From a virus: a DNA stretch of 64,000 nt. Each line of letters starts with the position of its first letter. The stretch's first letter is position 1. The translations under genes and the position numbers were made by a program. Under the pieces are notes generated by a model, which did not search any database, was not told the origin of the DNA, and worked only from the letters and a program-made list of their open reading frames with translations. Shown piece by piece: positions 1 to 7,470 of the stretch. The stretch lies in the IMG/VR virus record IMGVR_UViG_3300005538_000001. One strand, written 5' to 3'.

Positions 1-287
1 GTGATTGCTTGTGCCACCCTCTCGACCATCTCGCTCATCTCACGCAGCCGCCGACGATCGATCCTTTCGATGGCCATTTTTTCTGGGCGCAAAAGCTCTC
101 CCGCTGCATCTTGCACTTCTAACGCGATTTGGTTCGCTCGGTCTGCGCCCATTTCGATTTCCCTGCATAGATCAATCAGCGCGTCTAGGTTTCTGAGCCA
201 GAGCCACGACCGCCTCAACTCTGCGGCGCGCTTGTTGGCGGCATGATAAAGCTTACGCAACTCGCGCAGTTCGTGATCAATCGGCAT
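1..287 (-). CDS. hypothetical coiled-coil protein, partial (runs off window start)
   Basis: My translation of the reverse strand from ATG 287 gives MPIDHELRELRKLYHAANKRAAELRRSWLWLRNLDALIDLCREIEMG... and stays open to position 1. The ATG follows the upstream stop by 1 nt (TGAgATG). It is absent from the supplied track because no stop lies inside the window. Confidence 0.5.
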   Translation of the reverse strand, partial: MPIDHELRELRKLYHAANKRAAELRRSWLWLRNLDALIDLCREIEMGADRANQIALEVQDAAGELLRPEKMAIERIDRRRLREMSEMVERVAQAI

Positions 288-288
288 C

Positions 289-1197
289 TCACGACTCCGT
301 CGGCCTGATGAAGCAAAACACCGTGTTCGACGCCGGATCAATATTCCCATCGACGCCGCGGCTCATCGAATGACAGATAACCGCGGAGCCTGTCGGGTTG
401 TTCTGATTTGGAAGGATCGCGTCCTCCGGCACTCTGACCCACGGACCCGGATCCCAATCAACGCCGTTGCGCACCGCGAGCCGTGCCCACCATTCGTTGC
501 CGCGCATCGCGGCCTGCGTCTCGTGGCAATCCGTCTTGGAGCAGCATCCGACGCTGCGGACGGCGGAATTGCTTGACCGCGGGTTGCGCAGGCCGCCGTA
601 CCAATGGTCCAAATCAGGCCTCTTATAGTCATGCGCCGATACGGACGGAACCAGCAGTAATGACAACAACAGCGATCCAGCCGCCACTGCGGCAGCAGCT
701 ATCCTGACCTCTTGTTTGCTCCTCTGATTTCTACGTTGTTGTCTTGCCGTTGCCCATCGCACGTTGCCGGGCTCGTAGTTGCCGTTGTTGTTGATGCGGT
801 CGATTGAATGCTTAGGAGATGGCTTACGACCGACATGGGCTAAAAACTCTGCAAAGCTCTCGCGCCATTCCTGGCACACCTTAATTCCGCGCGCGCCGTA
901 CAAATAGTAGTCGGCACAATTCTTATTTTCACAGCGAACAATCATTTTCCGCCACGTCCTGTATTCGGCAGTCTGGGTATATCCTACCGTGTCTCCATGC
1001 CTCCTATTGCGCGCTCGCGCCATTTCTGCGGACAGACACCCGCAGGACTGCGACAAGCCCCTCCGCAAATGATCTGTGCGTACTGTCTTCTCCTCCCCAC
1101 AGTCGCATTTGACGTGCCACATTGATCGCCCAGCGTGAGCGGTGACGACTACACGGCCAAAACGATATCCAACCATCCAATCCCGTTTTATCGGCAT
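289..1197 (-). CDS. HNH (HNH_3-like) endonuclease domain fused in frame to a signal-peptide-bearing Cys-rich domain (possibly two genes)
   Basis: 302-aa ORF. The N-terminal ~165 aa carry CDCG..SCGC, YGARGIKVC and SIDRINNNGNYEPGNVRWAT (homing-HNH signature). The C-terminal ~135 aa start with IAAAAVAAGSLLLSLLLVPSVSA|HDY and continue with a Cys-rich domain (GCCSKTDCHE, VICH, FCF). No stop separates the halves. Confidence 0.6.
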   Translation of the reverse strand: MPIKRDWMVGYRFGRVVVTAHAGRSMWHVKCDCGEEKTVRTDHLRRGLSQSCGCLSAEMARARNRRHGDTVGYTQTAEYRTWRKMIVRCENKNCADYYLYGARGIKVCQEWRESFAEFLAHVGRKPSPKHSIDRINNNGNYEPGNVRWATARQQRRNQRSKQEVRIAAAAVAAGSLLLSLLLVPSVSAHDYKRPDLDHWYGGLRNPRSSNSAVRSVGCCSKTDCHETQAAMRGNEWWARLAVRNGVDWDPGPWVRVPEDAILPNQNNPTGSAVICHSMSRGVDGNIDPASNTVFCFIRPTES

Positions 1198-1364
1198 GGC
1201 ACATCATCCTTCCAATCATGCACCAGATAAAGCGCGGCGCGACGCGTTGCCGTTGGCTTCGTGTCCTCGCAATGGATGAGCATGAAGATCGCCCAGAGCC
1301 CCACGGCCCAGCCGGCCATCAGCGCGGACCAGACCGTTACGGTTCTCCATTTGCTGTCAGCCAT
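1188..1364 (-). CDS. small membrane protein, hypothetical
   Basis: I trimmed the supplied ORF 1188..1505 to ATG 1364 (MADSKWRTVTVWSALMAGWAVGLWAIFMLIH...). That start overlaps the primase-helicase stop (ATGGCTGA). One predicted TM helix. Confidence 0.4.
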   Translation of the reverse strand: MADSKWRTVTVWSALMAGWAVGLWAIFMLIHCEDTKPTATRRAALYLVHDWKDDVPCR

Positions 1365-2862
1365 GTCCCACCTCGTAGTCGATCGACCGGTATTTGCTTT
1401 TCTCCAGATCGAACCGCATCTCGAATTTGCACGGATATCCCAACTCCTCGAACCGCGCTTTTTTGTGATAGAGCGTGGCCTCGGTTTTGCGATTGCCGCC
1501 GTCAAACATCATGTTGCGGTGGACGACAAAGCCCTGGTCGCTCATGTTCTCCCAATGTTTGGATCCGGCGCAGTCCTCGAGGTCGGGCACCTTGCCACGC
1601 CGCGTGTTTTCCATCTTGGCCGGGTGCACCACGATCTGGACGTGGCAATTCATGTCGTTGGCAAAGACGTGGAGCGTGCGCAGGCAGCGGCCGATGTAGT
1701 CGGTCTCGCTTTCCTTGCCGGCCCGTGCCGCCTCGAGCCGGTTCCACGGGTCGACCGTGATGACGCGCGCGCCATGTCTGACCACGGCGACCTCGGCGAG
1801 GTCAAGCAGCCATTCCAGGCTGGGCCGCTGGTCCGGATGTACGGCGAACAGATAATGGTCGTCGATCCATTGATCGGCGGCGCGCACCTCCGGTTCTCCA
1901 AGCGTGCGTTCGAGCCGGCCGCAGTAGAGCGAGCGCAGCTGGCGCCGGATGTGTGGCTTGGGCCGTGTCTCGAACGTGGCGGCACAGATGATGAGATGAT
2001 AGGCGGCGGCGATCTGATACCAGATTTGGGTCCACAGCATCGTCTTGCCGTGACCTGGATGACCAGTAACAACCGACAGGGCGCGCGGCGCGAGCAGCAG
2101 CTTGTTTTCCCATTCCGAGAAGCCGGGATGCCACACGCTCAGCGGGGCGGGCTCCGGCAATTCGCTGAGCCGATAGAGACCTTGGATCGGCCATGGCAGC
2201 GCGCCGTCGGTGACGAGTTCGCGCAGGTAGAGTCCGCCGTCATGGCGCAGCACATCGTTTGGATCTTTGCATCCTTCCGGCCACTCAATGAACCAGAACC
2301 GGGCCACACCGAGGATGCGGGCCATGTCTGAGCGAAGCGCTAGGCCTGCATCATCGCCATCTCCACACCAGATAAAACGTTTGGTGCGCGCCAAGCCGTT
2401 CTTGAGCGCCTCCTCGACGTAGCTGTAGCCGCGGCTTGCCGTTGGTTGATCGCTGGAGCGCTGGCGAGCTCCGTTCGGCACGGACAGCACGCGATCGGCC
2501 TGGATGCCGGCTTCGACCAGGGCGCACGCATCGAGCTCGCCCTCGGTGATGAACACGGTTTCGGCGCAGCTGCCGAGCACTGCCTCCTCGTTCCAGAAGC
2601 TGAGTTTGAGGCCCTTGCCGGCCACGAACGATTTCTCGGGGAATGAGCGGCCCTTCCAGCCGTCACGGTACCGGAACAGCACGGCTTCGCTGCGTCGACC
2701 GAGGTCAGGGAAAAACACCGTACCGGATCCTACGCCCAGCCGCTCCAAAGTCGCTTGGCCGATCTTCCGCTCTTTGCCGAGCCACGCCACGGCGCTGTCC
2801 GAAAGTTTGGATGCACGCGAAGCCGCCCCATCCGCAGTTGAAGCAATCAAATCCAAGCCCAT
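1357..2862 (-). CDS. TOPRIM primase / DnaB-like helicase (T7 gp4-type bifunctional protein, lacking the zinc finger)
   Basis: 501 aa. TOPRIM acidic motifs (VFITEGELDACAL, IWCGDGDDAG), Walker A GHPGHGKT and a RecA/DnaB-like C-terminal half. A strong SD (GGAAGGA) precedes ATG 2862. Confidence 0.85.
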   Translation of the reverse strand: MGLDLIASTADGAASRASKLSDSAVAWLGKERKIGQATLERLGVGSGTVFFPDLGRRSEAVLFRYRDGWKGRSFPEKSFVAGKGLKLSFWNEEAVLGSCAETVFITEGELDACALVEAGIQADRVLSVPNGARQRSSDQPTASRGYSYVEEALKNGLARTKRFIWCGDGDDAGLALRSDMARILGVARFWFIEWPEGCKDPNDVLRHDGGLYLRELVTDGALPWPIQGLYRLSELPEPAPLSVWHPGFSEWENKLLLAPRALSVVTGHPGHGKTMLWTQIWYQIAAAYHLIICAATFETRPKPHIRRQLRSLYCGRLERTLGEPEVRAADQWIDDHYLFAVHPDQRPSLEWLLDLAEVAVVRHGARVITVDPWNRLEAARAGKESETDYIGRCLRTLHVFANDMNCHVQIVVHPAKMENTRRGKVPDLEDCAGSKHWENMSDQGFVVHRNMMFDGGNRKTEATLYHKKARFEELGYPCKFEMRFDLEKSKYRSIDYEVGHG

Positions 2863-3034
2863 CGTCCTTCCCCCTCACCACCAGACATTTCTTCCGTTTG
2901 TTTCCGCCACTACGGGTGTCGCTGCACACCGGGCAGCGGAAATATTTCTTCTGTCCGTTGCCGACGTGGGTGGCGCCGACACGTTGCAACAGATGCCAGT
3001 TTTCTGATGCGCTGCCGGTCATGGCTACCACCAT
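2705..3034 (-). CDS. primase zinc-binding domain ORF (separate frame from TOPRIM-helicase)
   Basis: 109 aa with a four-Cys zinc ribbon, CPVC-x26-CFNC, as in gp4/DnaG zinc-binding domains. Its last 158 nt overlap ORF 1357..2862 in a different frame. See the split-primase finding. Confidence 0.6.
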   Translation of the reverse strand: MVVAMTGSASENWHLLQRVGATHVGNGQKKYFRCPVCSDTRSGGNKRKKCLVVRGKDDGLGFDCFNCGWGGFACIQTFGQRRGVARQRAEDRPSDFGAAGRRIRYGVFP

Positions 3035-3942
3035 TTGTCACCGCGCTCGTCTTCGCGGCGCTGTTCGTTGTCGCGGCCAGCAACTATCCGGCCGATGTAC
3101 TCGCGAGCATTTTCTTTGGTTGATGCCTGTTCGATTGCTGCTCTGGCAAGCGCGACGTTGTTGTTTTTTGCGACAAGCAATTTTTTTATCAGGCCGCCTG
3201 AGGTCTCGCCGAGAAGCTCTTTGCCGCGGCGGAATAGGTCCGCTTCCGGGTTCCGGGCCGCGACATGCCCGTTCGTCGCATTCCCGACACTCTGCGCCGC
3301 GTCAGCGGCATCTTGCTTTCTTTCTTTCTTTGTCCCTGTCCCTGTCCCTGTCCCTGTCTTACCAATCTCAGCACCGTCTACGGAATACGCATGTCCGTCT
3401 CCACTGGCGTCTACGGTAGACGTCTCTTGTAGACGCACGCCGCCATCTACAAGTAGACGCTCTAGCGTCTCTAGTGAGGCGCCTCGCGGTGGAACGATTC
3501 CCATAACCCGAAGCTGTTCTGAAGCAGCCTTGATGCGCTCTCTCCACCTCTGTTGCCTAGTTGTCTTTGCTTCCACGACTTCAATGTGTTGAAGCCTACG
3601 ATCCCACGCCTCCTTGGCCTCCTGCGCCAACACCTTGTGATATAGCCGGCCGTCGCTGCACTTGATGAACCCACGCAGGGCCAGTGCCTTTACCTTTGAC
3701 CAATTTCTCCCCGTTCCCGAGAATGCCGCAAGGATACGGTCGTCATCCGGCAGTGAGGCGGGCGGCGTCTGCTTCCACGCCCTGCACCACAGCATGAGGG
3801 CCGCGCAGATCTCCTCCGGCTTGCCGAGCGCGATGAGTTCGCTCGCGAGCAGCCGGTCGACATCGAGCATGAACCCGGAGAAGCCCCGGAGGTCCACGTC
3901 GGAGCTTACCAATGGCTCGGGAAGGGAATCGCTCAAGGTCAC
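3025..3942 (-). CDS. DUF1376 (YdaU-like) phage replication-associated protein
   Basis: FMLDVDRLLASELIALGKPEEICAALMLWCRAWKQTPP resembles the DUF1376 N-terminal domain. The gene lies directly upstream of the primase. I place the start at GTG 3942 because it overlaps the upstream stop (GTGA). The supplied ORF extends to 4050. Confidence 0.6.
   Translation of the reverse strand: MTLSDSLPEPLVSSDVDLRGFSGFMLDVDRLLASELIALGKPEEICAALMLWCRAWKQTPPASLPDDDRILAAFSGTGRNWSKVKALALRGFIKCSDGRLYHKVLAQEAKEAWDRRLQHIEVVEAKTTRQQRWRERIKAASEQLRVMGIVPPRGASLETLERLLVDGGVRLQETSTVDASGDGHAYSVDGAEIGKTGTGTGTGTKKERKQDAADAAQSVGNATNGHVAARNPEADLFRRGKELLGETSGGLIKKLLVAKNNNVALARAAIEQASTKENAREYIGRIVAGRDNEQRREDERGDKWW
3331..3354. repeat. 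hexanucleotide repeat (TGTCCC)x4 inside the DUF1376 gene, encoding (GT)4
   Basis: The repeat tgtccctgtccctgtccctgtccc reads directly off the sequence and is preceded by (CTTT)3 at about 3316-3330. It translates to GKTGTGTGTGTKKERK. Confidence 0.9.
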
Positions 3943-4481
3943 GGTGCCATCACTCCACGCGGCAAAATCGGCGGCTGGCCTGGCACAAAACGGTCCCATT
4001 GGTGGGGACCAACCACTCTCCATTGGAAGATTGAAGATGGCGCTTTGCACCGCGACAAAATCCAGTCGGCAGGCACCACGAAAAGGCTGAATGGATCTCT
4101 CGCGGAAATACGACGGAGATATTGCGACTTTTCTGCCGATACCCCATTCTTGTGGACGATCTCAATGGCCGCTCCGAAACATCCTTTGTGCATTATCGCG
4201 ATGTCAAAAATTGCGATTGGGACAATGCCGGCGTCGATGCACTCCTGATATGTCGGTATCGGCGGATTGGAGGTTTGTACATCAATAGTATGCGGCTCGT
4301 CCCAGATGCTGCCGCCCACCCCAACTATGTTATTTTTGTTGTCAAGGCAGACGGGATATTCAGCGTAAACGCCGAACGGCCAGGTATCGCGATTTGGTCC
4401 ACACCAATGAAGATTCCTATTCGCGCGCAACCACGCAAGCATAGTGTCCTTCGCAAAACGGTGCTTATAACTTTCGCTCAC
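3939..4481 (-). CDS. CoiA-like PD-(D/E)xK nuclease-fold protein (putative)
   Basis: 180 aa. N-terminal ESYKHRFAKDTMLAWL, then IAIFDIAI...AAIEIVHKNGVSAEK, gives an H..D..E-x-x-x-K arrangement like CoiA/restriction-endonuclease-like nucleases. GC is visibly lower than in neighbouring genes. Confidence 0.4.
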   Translation of the reverse strand: MSESYKHRFAKDTMLAWLRANRNLHWCGPNRDTWPFGVYAEYPVCLDNKNNIVGVGGSIWDEPHTIDVQTSNPPIPTYQECIDAGIVPIAIFDIAIMHKGCFGAAIEIVHKNGVSAEKSQYLRRISARDPFSLFVVPADWILSRCKAPSSIFQWRVVGPHQWDRFVPGQPPILPRGVMAP

Positions 4482-4666
4482 GGAGCCCTCCCGTCGCCAT
4501 CATCATTCCCCATCGCGATCAGCGCCCGCCCCAGCGCCACGGCCCCGTCCGGCGTCAGCGCGACCTCGGCGCCGCCCAGCGGGCCGATCAGGATCAGCCG
4601 GATGGGCGGGCCTGGATGGACCTCCAGGAGGCCGTCTCGGACGCGCGCGGTGAAGGGCCGGGTCAT
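4478..4666 (-). CDS. hypothetical protein
   Basis: 62-aa ORF. Both its start and its stop overlap neighbouring genes by 4 nt (operon coupling). Confidence 0.45.
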   Translation of the reverse strand: MTRPFTARVRDGLLEVHPGPPIRLILIGPLGGAEVALTPDGAVALGRALIAMGNDDGDGRAP

Positions 4667-5085
4667 GCCGCGGGCCTCGCCCTAGCCGCCCGCCTGCGCG
4701 GATACCAAATCGTTTCGCTTTCCATTCCTGATCCGACGCGACGCGATCGCCAGCCCCACCGCCGCAGCGTTTCCTGCAGCTCGCGCGTCGGCTCAACGAT
4801 GCACGGCTCGAGGCCGACCTCTTGAATGCCTGCAACGGTGCGCTTCAACGCTCCGCGTCCCGGATTAAGCGCGAGAATGGCTACCAGGCGAACGCGGTTG
4901 CCTTCCCGCGAAACAACTACGGTCGGATCCCAGTCGTCAGCTGATAGCCACGGGACGGAGCCGGGAACAACCACGGTGCGTCCTGCGGCGCGCTCGTTAT
5001 CCCGCATGAACTCGTGGATCGGAGTTCCGGCATCGATTGCCGCGAACAGCTTGTCTAACGATTCTATCCCAATCACGGCGTCCAC
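4663..5085 (-). CDS. hypothetical protein (possible small alpha/beta, acetyltransferase-like fold)
   Basis: 140-aa ORF in the operon with a coupled stop/start. I recognise no diagnostic motif. Confidence 0.5.
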   Translation of the reverse strand: MDAVIGIESLDKLFAAIDAGTPIHEFMRDNERAAGRTVVVPGSVPWLSADDWDPTVVVSREGNRVRLVAILALNPGRGALKRTVAGIQEVGLEPCIVEPTRELQETLRRWGWRSRRVGSGMESETIWYPRRRAARARPAA

Positions 5086-5222
5086 CCCGCCCCACCACCC
5101 TTGGCCATGCGCTCTCGTATCGCGGCGTACCCCACGTCGAGCGAGCGGGCGAAATCGGTCTCCCCGTCGTATTCGTCATCGGCCTGGAACAGATCGCCCT
5201 GGCGATCCTGAGCCTCCAGATG

Positions 5223-5384
5223 GCGATTATCCGATGGTTTTGGTCGCTTTTGAAGCGCGGCATCATGGGCAGCTTCCACAAAGTGAGCCGCAAATATCTG
5301 CCACTCTACGTCGCCGAGTTTGAGTTCCGATACAACAATCGGAATAACCCGAACATTTTCGGTGCGGCTATAGCGCGTTGCTGA
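5223..5384 (+). mobile_element. IS1595-family transposase C-terminal remnant (~54 codons)
   Basis: RWFWSLLKRGIMGSFHKVSRKYLPLYVAEFEFRYNNRNNPNIFGAAIARC* matches the conserved IS1595/ISXO2-like C-terminus (FWSLLKRG..G.YH.VS.K.L..Y..EF.FRYN.R). The upstream part of the transposase is absent. Confidence 0.7.
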
Positions 5385-5501
5385 GACGTCACAATCGGAG
5401 GAAGCGTTGGCGGTCTCAGTTAAAATAAGTCCAAGCCATAAGGTACCCCAAAACACTAGACCTCCGCTCAGTATCACACAAAGCATTCCGAAAATGGGGC
5501 G

Positions 5502-6161
5502 ATGATGATGGTCGAGCAACCGCCACCCGCAACCGGCAAACACAATACCCATGAACAAAAGTATTATCGGTGGGCTACGCCAATTGCCATATTTGCTTTC
5601 ATTATTTCCTGTGTTTCGGCCACATTTACAGCCGTTCAAGTCTGTTTGATGTATAACAACAATGTTGTTACTCAACGGCCAAATATCACTATTAACGAAA
5701 TTTCGCTGTATAACTCCCCAGATGGAGTTGGCGTCATCCCCAAGTGGGAAAATGTTGGAAATGCAAATGCGCAAGTATCCGCTCGCGTCAATTGGTTGTT
5801 CACCAGAGATCCTCCACCAGAGAATTTCTTTCTTGTGGAGGGGAATCCCGCAGGCATTCCGCATTCCATCGGGCCCAAAGGAAGTGACAGCGCCACCTTT
5901 GCTGCTATTTCGCATGTGTGCTTTGAGAATTGGCGTCAACATATTTTTAGATACGTCACTGTATGGGGCGCCGCGAAATATTTCGATCAAATCAGCAAGA
6001 AACAGCGAGTTACACGATTCTGTTGGAATATTATTGGTCTCTTCAATAAACCGAGTGGCGAACCAGAACGGTTCGTCCACAATTTCTGCGAGCGCGGGAA
6101 CTGCATAGACGAAGCATGCGATGAATATGATAAGCTGCAGCCTCCACGACTTGCACAGGAT
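5502..6161 (+). CDS. low-GC cargo ORF: N-terminal TM anchor plus beta-rich domain; natural 3-prime end apparently lost
   Basis: MMMVEQPPP..YYRWATPIAIFAFIISCVSATFTAVQVCLMY (TM), then ITINEISLYNSPDGVGVIPKWENVGNANA...YVTVWGAAKYFDQISKKQRVTRFCW. The frame stays open to 6665, antisense to rusA. The opposite strand is also open (supplied ORF 5073..6281), so the strand call is uncertain. Confidence 0.35.
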
Positions 6162-6281
6162 CTGAAATGGGAACAAGTGCGAGGACAGTTCTGGCACACT
6201 GGCAAGCCCTCGCAGCGTCGCGCTTGCTGCCTTGCTGGCCAGGAACGCCACATAATTGGGCTGCATCGCTGTTCCGTTCAT
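6162..6281 (-). pseudogene. 5-prime stub (~40 codons) of a DEAD/SNF2-type helicase gene interrupted by the low-GC insert
   Basis: MNGTAMQPNYVAFLASKAASATLRGLASVPELSSHLFPFQ ends in the L.P.Q-type helicase Q-motif context. Its ATG overlaps the rusA stop (ATGA). After codon 40 both sequence character and GC change abruptly. Confidence 0.45.
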
Positions 6282-6700
6282 GCGACAGTCCTGATCCGCA
6301 CCGCAAGCTCAGCGCGCGGTCCATACGTTTTCCAGACATGCAGGCTCACGACCTGCGCGTCGTCGAGAAATGCGATCCCGTTCAAACTATCGGCGACCAG
6401 TTTCCCCAGATTGTCAGCGTCCGGGTGCCCTGTTTTCCAAGTCGCTGCCTCACGCTTCTTCGCCGACCAGCTTGCCGGCGCCGTCCACGTCGCGCGGATC
6501 TGCATTTCGACCGGCCCTTCCATCGGCCGCATCGTCCCCATCTGGGACGCGCATAGCGCCTTGACCTGGGCCATCGCGCCGCGCTGCTTGGCCGGCGTGA
6601 AACGCACACCGGATTTGCTGCCGGCCCGCGCCCATGGCGTCGGAACTCCTGGTACGACGAAATAGATCGACTGCGGCGTGAGCGGGCCGGCATCCATCAC
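6278..6700 (-). CDS. rusA: RusA-family Holliday-junction resolvase
   Basis: 140 aa. HPDADNLGKLVADSLNGIAFLDDAQVVSL matches the RusA catalytic Asp motif pattern (D.DN..K...D.L....DD.Q). Confidence 0.85.
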   Translation of the reverse strand: MMDAGPLTPQSIYFVVPGVPTPWARAGSKSGVRFTPAKQRGAMAQVKALCASQMGTMRPMEGPVEMQIRATWTAPASWSAKKREAATWKTGHPDADNLGKLVADSLNGIAFLDDAQVVSLHVWKTYGPRAELAVRIRTVA

Positions 6701-7029
6701 GGCATGTCCGGCACGGAGTGTTTTGCGGAGACGCCCAGATCGCGTTCCATCGCGGCGCGTCCAAGCGGCAGATCGGCGAGCATGCCGAGCGCGTGCATGT
6801 ACGTCTCTACGATGGCCTGGTGCTCGGCGCGCTGCTCGGCGTCCTGCCGGCGCAGGCGGATGATCTCCCGGAGGGCCTTGACGTCGAAGCCGTTGCCTTT
6901 CGCTTCGGTGTAGACATCTTTGATGTCGTTGACGATCGACCTTTTTTCCTCGTCGAGCCGTTCGATCCGCTCGACAAACGACTTGAGCATTTCCCTCGCC
7001 ACTGGAGCCGAATTATCGCCACGTCCCAT
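6697..7029 (-). CDS. gapR: GapR/DUF2312 (UPF0335) nucleoid-associated protein homologue
   Basis: 110 aa. LKSFVERIERLDEEKRSIVNDIKDVYTEAKGNGFDVKALREIIRLRRQD is the characteristic DUF2312 core. Confidence 0.8.
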   Translation of the reverse strand: MGRGDNSAPVAREMLKSFVERIERLDEEKRSIVNDIKDVYTEAKGNGFDVKALREIIRLRRQDAEQRAEHQAIVETYMHALGMLADLPLGRAAMERDLGVSAKHSVPDMP

Positions 7030-7044
7030 CGCTTATCCCTCCTG

Positions 7045-7470
7045 TCACATCACCATCGCCCGCTCGACGAGCGGGCCATATTTCTCGACGGCGCGCGGCA
7101 CCGTCCAAAGCTCGCGGCTGAAATGAAGCGCAATCTGGCCGTAACTCCTGTCGGTGATCGCTCGGGCAATCGCCATCGCGATCAGGCGCGGCTTGGCGAC
7201 GCGCTGTTGCCTGCTGTGCAGCAGCATCTCCTGCGATGACAGGCCGTAGTGCTGGGCGGTGGCCACGATGATGGCCGGAACCGATGGATGATCGCCGACG
7301 GCGACAATAATCGCCGCGATCTTCTCTTCATCGGTCTGGACAATCTCAACGACGAACGGCGTCGACCAGCGCAGCATGGGTCGCATCGGCCCGGCCGGCG
7401 CGCGCCCTCGCAGCCGCGAGTACACGTCGGCGTAGTGGCGGACCAGCGTGGCCTCGTAGCTCACAGCCAC
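7045..7470 (-). CDS. DnaA domain-IV-like (Bac_DnaA_C) helix-turn-helix protein
   Basis: GLSSQEMLLHSRQQRVAKPRLIAMAIARAITDRSYGQIALHFSRELWTVPRAVEKYG parallels the DnaA C-terminal DNA-binding domain (R...v..aRqiAMyl.r.lT..S...IG..F.rdHsTV..a). Start trimmed to GTG 7470 (alternatives 7479 and 7464) because the GcrA ORF ends at 7461. Confidence 0.6.
   Translation of the reverse strand: MAVSYEATLVRHYADVYSRLRGRAPAGPMRPMLRWSTPFVVEIVQTDEEKIAAIIVAVGDHPSVPAIIVATAQHYGLSSQEMLLHSRQQRVAKPRLIAMAIARAITDRSYGQIALHFSRELWTVPRAVEKYGPLVERAMVM

Noticed and set aside
1261-2331. 356-aa plus-strand ORF, and other long ORFs antisense to recognised genes. Examples: 10678..11988(-), 14341..15408(-), 20896..21921(-), 23466..24701(+), 27107..28516(-), 35168..36535(+), 36929..38509(+), 39604..40920(+), 39849..41411(-), 48825..49979(+), 51495..52721(+), 53551..54789(+), 54859..55863(+), 55116..56612(+), 60587..61459(+).
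   Set aside because: These are shadow ORFs typical of high-GC DNA. They have Arg/Pro/Gly/Ala-dominated composition and no motifs. Each lies fully inside a gene on the other strand or frame that has clear family signatures or operon coupling.
5073-6281. 402-aa minus-strand ORF taken as a single gene.
   Set aside because: It is chimeric: a helicase-like first 40 codons, then low-GC foreign DNA, then the antisense of an IS1595 transposase remnant. I treat it as a disrupted gene plus insert. Which strand of the insert is coding remains unresolved.
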